Source: an uncultured bacterium (GTDB lineage: Bacteria > Patescibacteriota > Saccharimonadia > Saccharimonadales > UBA4665). Taken from it: a stretch of 64,000 nucleotides of DNA. The stretch covers positions 18,365 through 82,364 of the forward strand of contig CAXSFI010000001.1 of assembly GCA_964236675.1 (NCBI GenBank), written 5' to 3'. The first letter of the stretch is position 1, and each line of letters begins with the position of its first letter. A program made the translations under genes and the position numbers. The notes under the pieces are model-generated. The model was not told the DNA's origin. It did no database searches and saw nothing but the letters and a program-made list of their open reading frames with translations. Below are positions 17,719 to 26,298 of the stretch, piece after piece.

Positions 17719-20222
17719 AAGTAAGCGTTAACTGGCTAAAGCAATATTTGGAATTTGAGCTGCCGCCGACGGCTGAGCTAGTGGCCAAGATTGGCGCACA
17801 ACTAGGGGGTGTGGATGAAGTCGTGGACGTCGGCACAAAATACCGCGGTGTAGTGGTGGCCCGGATTGCCACCGTTACCAAGCTGGAAGATTCCGATCAT
17901 CTCAATGTCTGCCTGATAGACGACGGCCGGATGACACCCAACGTCAACCGCGAGTACAGCGGACTGGTTCAGGTAGTCTGCGGTGCGCCCAATGTCCGCG
18001 AAGGAATGCTGGTGGCCTGGCTGCCGCCTGGCAGCGTGGTGCCAAGTACAGCCGATGATAAGGAGCCGTTCGTGCTCAGTGCCCGGCCGCTGCGCGGCGT
18101 CGTCAGCAATGGTATGTTAGCCAGCCCCAAAGAGCTGGCTATCGGTGACAGCCATGACGGCATACTGGAGCTAGACTCGGATACCGGCAAGCCCGGTGAT
18201 GATTTTGCTGAAACCTACCAACTCAATGACACCATTATTGATATTGAAAACAAGATGTTCACCCATCGGCCGGATTGCTTTGGCCAGCTAGGTGTCGCCC
18301 GCGAAGTTGCCGGTATCCTCGGTCAACCGTTCACCTCGCCCGGCTGGTACATGCACACCAATAGTCTGGTGACCAAATCTGGCGATGTCAGCATGCAGGT
18401 CAGTCTGACCAACGAGATCCCTGAGCTAGTACCGCGCTACATGTTAGTGGCCATCGATGGCATCACGGTGGCACCGAGCCCGGTCTGGCTGCAGACCTAC
18501 CTAAGCCGCCTGGGCGTCCGCCCGATCAACAATATCGTTGATATCACCAACTACATTATGCTGCTGACCGGCCAGCCCTTACATGCTTTCGACTATGACA
18601 AAGTTGCTGTCGATGGCTGGGCGCAGATAGTTGTGCGTAACCCGCATTTTGAAGAGCAGGTGACACTGCTGGACGGTAAGACAGTTACACCGCGAGCTGA
18701 AGCCATTTTGATCTGTGATCAGGACAAACCGATCGGTCTTGGTGGTGTCATGGGCGGCAAAAATTCAGAGATCGACGCCGCTACCAAGCGCATCCTGATC
18801 GAGTGCGCTAGCTTCGATATGTACAATATTCGCCGTACCAGCATGGAACATGGTATCTTCAGTGACGCCGTCACCCGCTTCACCAAGGGGCAGTCGGAGT
18901 GGCAGAATCCATCAGTGCTGTTTCAGGCGGTGCAGCTGGTGCAGAGCCTGTGTCCGGAAGCCAAGCCGGTGGGCCGGGTGATCGATAATCATCAACCCAA
19001 CCGCGAGTATCAGTCCGTGCCAGTCGAGACAGCGTTCATCAACGACCGGCTGGGTCTGGATCTCAGCGCCGAGCAGATGAAACAGCTACTGGAAAATGTT
19101 GAATTTCAGGTCAAAGTAGTTGACGACGGCTTGTTGGTGGACCAGCCGTTCTGGCGCACCGATATTGAACTGCGTGAAGACGTCGTTGAAGAAATCGGTC
19201 GGTTGTATGGCTTCGATCATTTGCCGCTTGAACTGCCGTACCGTCAGATTGCGCCGACGGCTAAAGACCCGCTGCTCGAGCTGAAAAGTCGGATACGTAC
19301 AGTCTTATCTAAAGCTGGCGCCAATGAAGTCCTGACCTACAGTTTCGTGCACGGTAATCTGCTGAATAAAGCCGCTCAGGACCAGGCGCTGGCCTACCGA
19401 GTCAGCAATGCCCTCAGCCCCGAACTGCAATATTACCGCCTGAGTCTGCTACCGAGCCTACTCGAAAAAGTCCATCCCAACATCAAAGCCGGCTACGATC
19501 AGTTCGTGCTATTTGAGATTGGCAAAGGTCATAATAATCAACATCATGACGACAGCGGCTTACCTGTGGAGTTTGAAATGCTGGAGGCGGTTTATGCGGC
19601 CCAGGATAAAAGCGCGCCGACCGGCGCGCCGTTCTATCAGGCGCGCAAACAGCTGGTAAATCTTATAACCGAGTTGGGTCTAAGGCCATCGTTTCGACCA
19701 CTTGCAAAAGATTTGAACTTCTCAATCATCCAGTCATTCGAGCCCAGTCGGACAGCATTAATCTACTTGCAGGGCACAGATATTCTGTTGGGTGGCGTCG
19801 GTGAGTTTAAAGCGAGTGTCCGCAAAGGCTTTAAGTTGCCGGCGGCGTCGGCTGGCTTTAACATTAGTCTGACCGATTTGTTGCAGGCACTGCAGGGCAA
19901 TGATACCAGCCGTTATGCATCAATCCCACGCTTTCCTAATGTTATGCAGGATATAACGCTAAAAGTGCCGGCCGACTTGCCATATCAGCAGGTATATGAT
20001 CTGTGCTGGGATGAGCTAGCCAAACTGGAGCTGGCTGACACACTCTACCGTCTCGATCCAATCGGGATATACCAAAGCCCGGAAGATCCGGATCATAAAA
20101 ACGTCAGTTTACGGTTGCATATAGCCAGCTACGATCGCACCATGACCGACGCTGAAGTTGCGAAACTACTCGACGCCGTAGCAGTTGCCGCCGGGCAGTC
20201 GTGGCAAGCGGAGCGGGTGTAA
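17715..20222 (+). CDS. pheT: Phenylalanine--tRNA ligase beta subunit
   Basis: 835 aa. N-terminal tRNA-binding domain, B3/4 and B5 domains, and C-terminal FDX-ACB-like domain order. Confidence 0.95.
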   Translation: MKVSVNWLKQYLEFELPPTAELVAKIGAQLGGVDEVVDVGTKYRGVVVARIATVTKLEDSDHLNVCLIDDGRMTPNVNREYSGLVQVVCGAPNVREGMLVAWLPPGSVVPSTADDKEPFVLSARPLRGVVSNGMLASPKELAIGDSHDGILELDSDTGKPGDDFAETYQLNDTIIDIENKMFTHRPDCFGQLGVAREVAGILGQPFTSPGWYMHTNSLVTKSGDVSMQVSLTNEIPELVPRYMLVAIDGITVAPSPVWLQTYLSRLGVRPINNIVDITNYIMLLTGQPLHAFDYDKVAVDGWAQIVVRNPHFEEQVTLLDGKTVTPRAEAILICDQDKPIGLGGVMGGKNSEIDAATKRILIECASFDMYNIRRTSMEHGIFSDAVTRFTKGQSEWQNPSVLFQAVQLVQSLCPEAKPVGRVIDNHQPNREYQSVPVETAFINDRLGLDLSAEQMKQLLENVEFQVKVVDDGLLVDQPFWRTDIELREDVVEEIGRLYGFDHLPLELPYRQIAPTAKDPLLELKSRIRTVLSKAGANEVLTYSFVHGNLLNKAAQDQALAYRVSNALSPELQYYRLSLLPSLLEKVHPNIKAGYDQFVLFEIGKGHNNQHHDDSGLPVEFEMLEAVYAAQDKSAPTGAPFYQARKQLVNLITELGLRPSFRPLAKDLNFSIIQSFEPSRTALIYLQGTDILLGGVGEFKASVRKGFKLPAASAGFNISLTDLLQALQGNDTSRYASIPRFPNVMQDITLKVPADLPYQQVYDLCWDELAKLELADTLYRLDPIGIYQSPEDPDHKNVSLRLHIASYDRTMTDAEVAKLLDAVAVAAGQSWQAERV

Positions 20223-20223
20223 T

Positions 20224-20934
20224 ATGAGCGATAACCGACTGGTGCTAGACATCCATGCCGACTACGAAATAGCGCCGCACATGGTGGTCTTTAGTCACGG
20301 CTTCGGGGTGGAGCGCACAGCCCGGGGCATGTTCAGCGAAATAGTCAAATCCTTGCCCGTCGATTACGGCTATGTCATGTTCGATTATTATGATATCGAT
20401 GGTAAAACGATCAATATATCGACGTTTGAAGACCAACAGCGGATGCTGCTGTCGATCATTGCCTGGCTCAGTGAGCAGGCGGATGTCACGGACATCTCAT
20501 TAGTCAGTCATTCAGCCGGCTGTGTGGTGTCAGCACTGTCACAACCTCCAGAAGTAAAGTCGGCAGTCATGCTGGCGCCGCCGGTACAGATCAGTGGTTT
20601 CAGTGCATACTTCAAAGCCAAGCTGGGCGTAGTAAAACAAGACGATTTGTGGATCGTGCCACGCTCCGACGGCACCACCAGCTATATTCCCGCGGCTATG
20701 TTTGCCGAAATCGAAGATATTGACGCACTACAGGCTTTGCTCAACTATGCGGCTGTCCAGCCCTATGCCTTACTCATCCCAGCCCATGATGAAGTCCTCG
20801 GTGCAGTTGATTACAATGATCTGGCACTAGATGAAAATGTCACTGCTCAAACCATTGATGGTGCGGACCATAATTTTACAGGTTCTAGCCGTGCGCTAAT
20901 GATTGAAGCTGTCGTGGACTGGTTGACGAGCTAG
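20224..20934 (+). CDS. Alpha/beta hydrolase fold protein
   Basis: 236 aa from ATG 20224. HGFG oxyanion-like motif, nucleophile elbow SHSAG, C-terminal DH pair. Confidence 0.6.
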   Translation: MSDNRLVLDIHADYEIAPHMVVFSHGFGVERTARGMFSEIVKSLPVDYGYVMFDYYDIDGKTINISTFEDQQRMLLSIIAWLSEQADVTDISLVSHSAGCVVSALSQPPEVKSAVMLAPPVQISGFSAYFKAKLGVVKQDDLWIVPRSDGTTSYIPAAMFAEIEDIDALQALLNYAAVQPYALLIPAHDEVLGAVDYNDLALDENVTAQTIDGADHNFTGSSRALMIEAVVDWLTS

Positions 20935-20967
20935 TCGGCTGGTCGTGTAACAAACCTCACATTCTTT

Positions 20968-20997
20968 TTGACAAAGCCCAGCGCTTACGGTTAGAAT
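20968..20997 (+). promoter_or_regulatory. Promoter TTGACA-18-TAGAAT placed 5 nt from the IMPDH-like ATG (leaderless)
   Basis: TTGACA 20968-20973, TAGAAT 20992-20997, ATG 21003. No Shine-Dalgarno possible in 5 nt. Confidence 0.45.
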
Positions 20998-21002
20998 GTG
21001 GT

Positions 21003-22124
21003 ATGAAAATTGGTCTGCCTGCTCTTACCTTTGACGACGTTCTCCTTATGCCTGGCCGGACTACCTTTAATCGTAGTGAAATTGACCTGAGAACCAAGCT
21101 TACGCGCACCATCAGTCTAGCCGCACCGTTTGTCTCGGCACCCATGGACACCGTGACGGAGCACGCTTTAGCTATTAAACTGGCTAGCTTAGGTGGCATC
21201 GGCATTATTCATCGTAATATGACGGTTGATGACCAGGCTGGCGAAGTTGAACTGGTCAAAGCCGAAAAACTGTTGGTAGGGGCCGCTATCAGTACCAGTC
21301 CCGGTTACGAAAAGCGCCTGGAGCGACTGGTCGCGGCGGGTGTTGATGTGATTGTTATAGACACCGCTCATGGCTTCAATCACCATCTGTTGGAAGCATT
21401 GAGTTACATCAAAGATAAGTACGCTGAAGAATTACAGGTAGTAGCCGGCAGCATCGCCACCGCCGAGGCCGCCGAGGCCCTAATCAAAGCCGGAGCCGAC
21501 AGCCTGCGCGTGGGTATGGGTCCGGGTGCCATCTGCACCACTCGCATCGTCTCCGGTATGGGCGTACCACAGCTGAGCGCTATTATGGAAATATCGGCGG
21601 TTGCTCAGGCTGCCGGCGTGCCGTTCATCGCCGATGGCGGCATTAATTATGACGGCGATGTCGTCAAGGCCTTAGCTGCCGGCGCGTCGACGGTAATGAT
21701 GGGCCGGTTGTTTGCTGCCACTGAAGAATCGCCAGGTGAGTTGGTCACTCTCAAAAGTGCGGAGGTGCCGCACCGTTTCCAGAATTTGCTTAATGGCTCC
21801 GATGAATACCGCTTTAAGACCTACCGCGGCATGGGCTCGATAGGTGCAATGAAGCGGGGCAAGGAGATTGCTGCCGAAGACGAATTCCACGGTAAAAGCT
21901 ACAAAGATAATAGCAAGATGGTGCCGGAAGGCGTAGAAGGGCTGGTGCCCTGCAGCGGCTCGGTCGAGGACATGGTGCAGCGAATGTCTGAGAGTCTGCG
22001 CTCCGGCATGTTCTACGTCGGCGCACAGACCATCCCGGCTTTGTTCGAGAAAGCCCTCTTTCGGCCGATTACCCAGGCGTCGCTCCACGAGAGCCACCCA
22101 CACGACATATTCGTCACTAAATAA
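21003..22124 (+). CDS. guaB: IMP dehydrogenase family protein lacking the CBS (Bateman) subdomain
   Basis: 373 aa. [10 protein letters not shown], catalytic loop [23 protein letters not shown]. About 110 aa shorter than canonical GuaB, with no CBS pair between HRNM and the barrel. Confidence 0.8.
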   Translation: MKIGLPALTFDDVLLMPGRTTFNRSEIDLRTKLTRTISLAAPFVSAPMDTVTEHALAIKLASLGGIGIIHRNMTVDDQAGEVELVKAEKLLVGAAISTSPGYEKRLERLVAAGVDVIVIDTAHGFNHHLLEALSYIKDKYAEELQVVAGSIATAEAAEALIKAGADSLRVGMGPGAICTTRIVSGMGVPQLSAIMEISAVAQAAGVPFIADGGINYDGDVVKALAAGASTVMMGRLFAATEESPGELVTLKSAEVPHRFQNLLNGSDEYRFKTYRGMGSIGAMKRGKEIAAEDEFHGKSYKDNSKMVPEGVEGLVPCSGSVEDMVQRMSESLRSGMFYVGAQTIPALFEKALFRPITQASLHESHPHDIFVTK

Positions 22125-22173
22125 CTGCTTCCGTACGCCAAAATAAAAGTAATTGTGTTTTAGCAATACTTTT

Positions 22174-22235
22174 AGATTGTCACATTATTCGAAGAATACT
22201 ACGATAAAAATATTCTTCAGAAAACATGACAAACT
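22174..22235. repeat. Palindromic intergenic element, family A, degenerate copy
   Basis: AGATTGTCACATTATTCGAAGAATA (22174-22198) and TATTCTTCAGAAAACATGACAAACT (22211-22235). Imperfect inverted repeat homologous to the 52559-52620 copy. Confidence 0.7.
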
Positions 22236-22333
22236 GATACCATACTAAACGAGCAACCGAAATATCCCGCCTGGCAGTCCATTAAGATAACTCCATTATA
22301 GGAATGGGGTAAAATCTCATATAATAAGCAAAT

Positions 22334-24100
22334 ATGAAACAACTATGGCGGATTATCCGCTTTACCCGTGATCTTTGGCCGCTATATGCGGCGGTCAGTA
22401 TACTGACAGTGTTTTTAGCCTTGATGGGCGTACTGCAGCCATTGTTTGCCGGCTGGGCAATCGATGAACTACGACGCGGCACCCATGCCAATCTGCATTA
22501 TTTGATCTGGCTGGCCGTCGGCATCTTTCTACTGGACTTCTTTACTAATATCTTTAGTAATATCGGTGGGCATATTGGTGACCGCTTGCAAGCCCGGCTG
22601 CAGTTTCACCTTTCGCATAATTATTATGCACATCTGCTGACCCTGCCGCAGCAGTTTTATGATGTAGAACTATCCGGTAAGATTATCAATCGGCTAAACC
22701 GGTCCATATCGCAGCTAACGAACTTTTTCCAGTTTTTGACGAATAACTTCTTGCAGATGTGGTTCACGACAATCTTTACGCTGGCTGTAGCTTATCACTA
22801 CAGTTGGCAGGTTGGTTTACTACTAACTTCGATCTATCCGCTCTACATCTTGCTGACGGTGCGGAGCAGCCCGAAGTGGCAGAAATATCAGGCTGAAAAG
22901 AATCTTAATCTAGATATAGCTAATGGCCGTTTTGCCGAAGTTATTAACCAGGTCAAGGTCGTTAAAACGTATTTGCAGGAGCGGCGTGAGCTCCAGCTCT
23001 TTGATAAGTATTACAAACGCCTTATTGCTGTCAATACTCCACAGTCCAAGTACTGGCATATCAGTGACTTCCGCCGGCGGGTGGTCTTAAATGTTATTTT
23101 TCTGGCGGTCTATCTCTTCATCTTTGTGCAAGCGGCCCATGGCCAGTTGAGCCCCGGCAATGTCGTAACTCTCATACTATTTAGTGCGCAGATCAGGATC
23201 CCGATTTTTACTATCAGTTTTATGGTTGATAACTTTCAGCGGGCCGTCGCCGATAGCCGCGATTATTTTGAAATCATGCAGGTCGATCCAAGTATTGCCG
23301 ACCGTCTGGACGCCATTACGCTCAAGATCAGCAAAGCCGATGTGGTGTTCGATACTGTGCGTTTTAGCTATGATACGGAGCCGGTGCTTAAGGGAGTTAG
23401 TTTCCGGCTCACGCATGGTACTAAAACAGCCTTAGTCGGCGAAAGCGGTGAAGGCAAAACGACCATCACGAACTTGCTGATGCGCCTTTACGATATCGAC
23501 AGCGGTGCAATTAGCATCGACGGCCAGTCGGTCAGCGCGGTTACACAGGCTAGCCTGCGCCGGCAGATTGCAGTAGTCTTCCAGGAGCCGGCGCTATTTA
23601 GTGGCACAGTGCGTGAAAACATTGCCTATGCCAATCCCAAAGCTACCCAGGCCCAAGTGGTGGCAGCTGCCAAAGCTGCCAATGCCGATGAGTTCATTGG
23701 CAAATTTGATAAAGGCTATGACGCCGAGATCGGCGAGCGTGGCCTGAAGCTGAGTGGTGGCCAGAAGCAGCGGATTGCCATTGCTCGAGCGCTGCTGAAA
23801 GATGCGCCGATCCTGATACTCGATGAAGCCACCAGCAGTCTCGACAGCAAGAGTGAGCGCATGGTTCAACAGGCGTTGGAGCGGCTGATGAAAGGCCGGA
23901 CGACGCTGATCATCGCCCATCGTCTGAGTACTATCCAAGCCGTCGATCAGATAGTGACGCTATCAGGCGGTCGGGTCGGTGAGACCGGCTCGCCTGCGCA
24001 ACTTGCCAAGACGGACGGCATCTATGCCCAACTGTTGCTGCTCCAAGACGGCTCGGATGCTGCTAAGAAAAAGCTTCTAAGCTACGAAATGAAAGCCTGA
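22334..24100 (+). CDS. ABC exporter, fused permease/ATPase (MsbA/ABCB type)
   Basis: 588 aa. Six-TM N-terminal half, Walker A GESGEGKTT, signature LSGGQKQRIAIARA, Walker B ILILDEATSSLD. Confidence 0.9.
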   Translation: MKQLWRIIRFTRDLWPLYAAVSILTVFLALMGVLQPLFAGWAIDELRRGTHANLHYLIWLAVGIFLLDFFTNIFSNIGGHIGDRLQARLQFHLSHNYYAHLLTLPQQFYDVELSGKIINRLNRSISQLTNFFQFLTNNFLQMWFTTIFTLAVAYHYSWQVGLLLTSIYPLYILLTVRSSPKWQKYQAEKNLNLDIANGRFAEVINQVKVVKTYLQERRELQLFDKYYKRLIAVNTPQSKYWHISDFRRRVVLNVIFLAVYLFIFVQAAHGQLSPGNVVTLILFSAQIRIPIFTISFMVDNFQRAVADSRDYFEIMQVDPSIADRLDAITLKISKADVVFDTVRFSYDTEPVLKGVSFRLTHGTKTALVGESGEGKTTITNLLMRLYDIDSGAISIDGQSVSAVTQASLRRQIAVVFQEPALFSGTVRENIAYANPKATQAQVVAAAKAANADEFIGKFDKGYDAEIGERGLKLSGGQKQRIAIARALLKDAPILILDEATSSLDSKSERMVQQALERLMKGRTTLIIAHRLSTIQAVDQIVTLSGGRVGETGSPAQLAKTDGIYAQLLLLQDGSDAAKKKLLSYEMKA

Positions 24101-24121
24101 TTTTCGATCAGCCTGACTGTG

Positions 24122-24139
24122 CTATTTCCAGATTGTCAT
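24122..24139. repeat. Family A element, left-arm fragment
   Basis: CTATTTCCAGATTGTCAT is identical to 52551-52568. Its TTGTCA (24133-24138) sits 18 nt upstream of TATAAT (24157-24162). Confidence 0.5.
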
Positions 24140-24195
24140 ATATAACGAAGAAAATGTATAATAAGCTGAGCATAAACGTCAACGGGGTAACAACT

Positions 24196-24741
24196 ATGGC
24201 ACGCAAACGCGAGCGGGCTTTCGCGCTCTTTGGAGCAATTTTATTTTTAGTAACGTCATCTGCACTGACTATCGCAGTTATTTACTCAATCGTGCAGGAC
24301 CATAACACCAAGCAGAGTGACGGTGCTAGCAGCACCAGCTCGCAGACAGGAGCCAAAGTGGACAACAAATTAGAAGGTACCGAACTCAAAGGGTTCACTC
24401 CAGTAGCCAGCATTCCAACATTACAGGAAGTTGACACCACGACGGGGACAGGCGATGAAGTTAAGCCGGGCGCTACTGTGACCGTCGATTACACTGGTGC
24501 CGTGGCGGCCACTGGCAAGATCTTCCAGAGTTCACTCGACAGCGGCCAGCCGGTTACCTTCCCATTGAGTGGCGTTATCCCGGGCTGGACCCAAGGGGTA
24601 CCGGGCATGAAAGTAGGTGGCACCCGCCGCTTACTGATCCCAGCCGCCATGGCATATGGTGCAAACCCACCAGCTGGCTCGGGCATCCCGGCTAACGCTG
24701 ATCTGGTATTCGATATTACACTACACAGTATTGGTAAATAG
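24196..24741 (+). CDS. FKBP-type peptidyl-prolyl cis-trans isomerase with N-terminal membrane anchor
   Basis: ATG 24196 (MARKRERAF..TM). C-terminal VTVDYTG...GKIFQSSLD...VIPGWTQGVPGMKVGGTRRLLIP..AYG FKBP domain. Confidence 0.9.
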   Translation: MARKRERAFALFGAILFLVTSSALTIAVIYSIVQDHNTKQSDGASSTSSQTGAKVDNKLEGTELKGFTPVASIPTLQEVDTTTGTGDEVKPGATVTVDYTGAVAATGKIFQSSLDSGQPVTFPLSGVIPGWTQGVPGMKVGGTRRLLIPAAMAYGANPPAGSGIPANADLVFDITLHSIGK

Positions 24742-24763
24742 CCAGCTGTACTAAAAAGCACAA

Positions 24764-24799
24764 TATATAGCGTCTTGTATATAGCGCAGACGCTATATA
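24764..24799. other. Perfect 12 bp inverted repeat (stem-loop or operator) between the FKBP gene and the glutaredoxin/trxB operon
   Basis: TATATAGCGTCT (24764-24775), 12 nt loop, AGACGCTATATA (24788-24799). No T-run follows. Confidence 0.8.
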
Positions 24800-24843
24800 T
24801 ACTAATCACTAACGGATTACAAAATAAAATCACAGGGGATATC

Positions 24844-25092
24844 ATGGTCAAGGACATCACAATTTTCACCACTAACACTTGCGGCTACTGCCAAATGGTC
24901 AAAAAGTACCTGGGTGCCAAAGGCCATAGCTACAATGAAGTAAACCTCGACCAGGAGCCACATCGCCAGGCTGAAGCGTTGCTGCTGTCAGGCGCTATGA
25001 CAGTGCCTGTGACTGTCGTTACCAAAAGCGATGATACTCGTGAAGTCATCGTCGGCTACAATCTCGCTAAGCTCGCGCCAGCTGTTGCTTAG
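24844..25092 (+). CDS. Glutaredoxin-like protein (NrdH/YruB type)
   Basis: 82 aa from ATG 24844. ITIFTTNTCGYCQMVKKYL CxxC motif and a TVPV motif. Confidence 0.8.
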   Translation: MVKDITIFTTNTCGYCQMVKKYLGAKGHSYNEVNLDQEPHRQAEALLLSGAMTVPVTVVTKSDDTREVIVGYNLAKLAPAVA

Positions 25093-25124
25093 TGACAGAC
25101 TCAGGGATTCAGAAAGGAAACACT

Positions 25125-26090
25125 ATGGCCAAAAGTACTAATACTGACATTCCAAGCCATGACATTATTATCATCGGTGCCGGCCCGGCGGCACTGTCAG
25201 CGGCCATCTACACCACCCGTGAAGACATTGAGACACTACTTTTCGAGCGTGGTGTCGTCGGCGGCCTGGCAGCCGTCACTGACAAGATCGATAACTACCC
25301 CGGCTTTCCTGATGGTATAGAAGGCTTGACGCTAGCCGACGAACTGCGCAAACAGGCCGAACGCTTTGGCGCAGTCATTGAGTTGGGTGAAGTCACCGGT
25401 ATTCACGATGAAGGCGACTACAAGCGCCTGGAAACCACCAGTGGCGACATGCGGGCCCGGGCCGTCCTGATTGCCACCGGCTCTGATTATAAAAAGATTG
25501 GTGCGCCAGGGGAGCTGGAGTTTTATGGCCGGGGCGTCCACTACTGCGCTACTTGTGACGGTGCATTTTATCGTGACAAGAAGCTGGCCGTCGTCGGCGG
25601 TGGCAATTCAGCCATTCAGGAATCAATCTTCCTGACCCGCTTTACCACGCATATCGATCTGTTGGTACGCTCGACCATCAAGGCCAGTGATGTCCTGCAA
25701 AAGGAGCTCCAAGAGTTCGTCGATGCTGGAAAGATCACGGTGCACCTCAATACTACTACTGACGAAATTGTTGGCGAGAATAAGTTCGTCACTTGCGTCA
25801 AAGCCACCAAAGATGGCGAGGCCGTCGAACTTGCTGTCGACGGAGTGTTCGTCTTCGTCGGCCTGGAGCCGAACTCGCAGTTTCTCAAGCCGACGCCGAT
25901 TAAGCTAGATGAGATTGGCTTCGTTATTACCGACCAGCACATGGAAACGTCTATGCGTGGTGTGTTCGCCGCCGGCGATATCCGCTCTGGTGCTACCATG
26001 CAGATCGCAACCGCTACCGGTGAAGGCGCTACAGCTGCGCTCAAGATCCGCGAATATCTTGAAGGCCACTTGCACCCGGTGCAGAACTAA
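25125..26090 (+). CDS. trxB: Thioredoxin-disulfide reductase
   Basis: IIIIGAGPAALSAAIY FAD motif, redox CATCDG, VVGGGNSA NADPH motif. ATG 25125 is preceded by GAAAGGAAA. Confidence 0.93.
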   Translation: MAKSTNTDIPSHDIIIIGAGPAALSAAIYTTREDIETLLFERGVVGGLAAVTDKIDNYPGFPDGIEGLTLADELRKQAERFGAVIELGEVTGIHDEGDYKRLETTSGDMRARAVLIATGSDYKKIGAPGELEFYGRGVHYCATCDGAFYRDKKLAVVGGGNSAIQESIFLTRFTTHIDLLVRSTIKASDVLQKELQEFVDAGKITVHLNTTTDEIVGENKFVTCVKATKDGEAVELAVDGVFVFVGLEPNSQFLKPTPIKLDEIGFVITDQHMETSMRGVFAAGDIRSGATMQIATATGEGATAALKIREYLEGHLHPVQN

Positions 26091-26094
26091 AACT

Positions 26095-26265
26095 CTCAGG
26101 AAATGTAACATATATGTTACAACGAGTATTTGGCTGGACTGTTTTTATTTCTAATCGCATTCCTGTATGGGATAATCTGTGCATTAGACCGGATGTTGGA
26201 CGTATTTATTATAGGAAAAATATAACCGATTGAGCAATGTAACATCAATGTTACATTTCCTGAGA
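26095..26265. repeat. Palindromic/MITE-like intergenic element, family B, long copy
   Basis: 17 nt terminal inverted repeats CTCAGGAAATGTAACAT (26095-26111) and ATGTTACATTTCCTGAG (26248-26264). Local palindromes TGTAACATATATGTTACA (26104-26121) and ATGTAACATCAATGTTACAT (26237-26256). Internal TTTCTAATCGCATTCCT (26148-26164) is shared with 48683-48780. Confidence 0.7.
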
Positions 26266-26298
26266 AAAAATCTAAATTATAGTACATAGGAATCAAGA

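Noticed and set aside
20185-20223. N-terminal extensions offered by the ORF track for several genes (20185, 24133, 24775, 25092, 28990, 32810, 35319, 62171)
   Set aside because: The extensions overlap the preceding gene in another frame or cover promoter elements. Internal ATGs with a proper SD or -10 context give products that start where homologs start.
26104-26121. TGTAACATATATGTTACA palindrome as a LexA (SOS) or NrdR box, given that a copy lies upstream of dnaE
   Set aside because: It does not fit the LexA consensus forms I know (CTGT-N8-ACAG, GAAC-N4-GTTC, TCGAAC-N4-GTTCGA) or the NrdR box (ACACnATATATnGTGT). It is part of a longer repeated element, so a repeat/MITE explanation is more economical.
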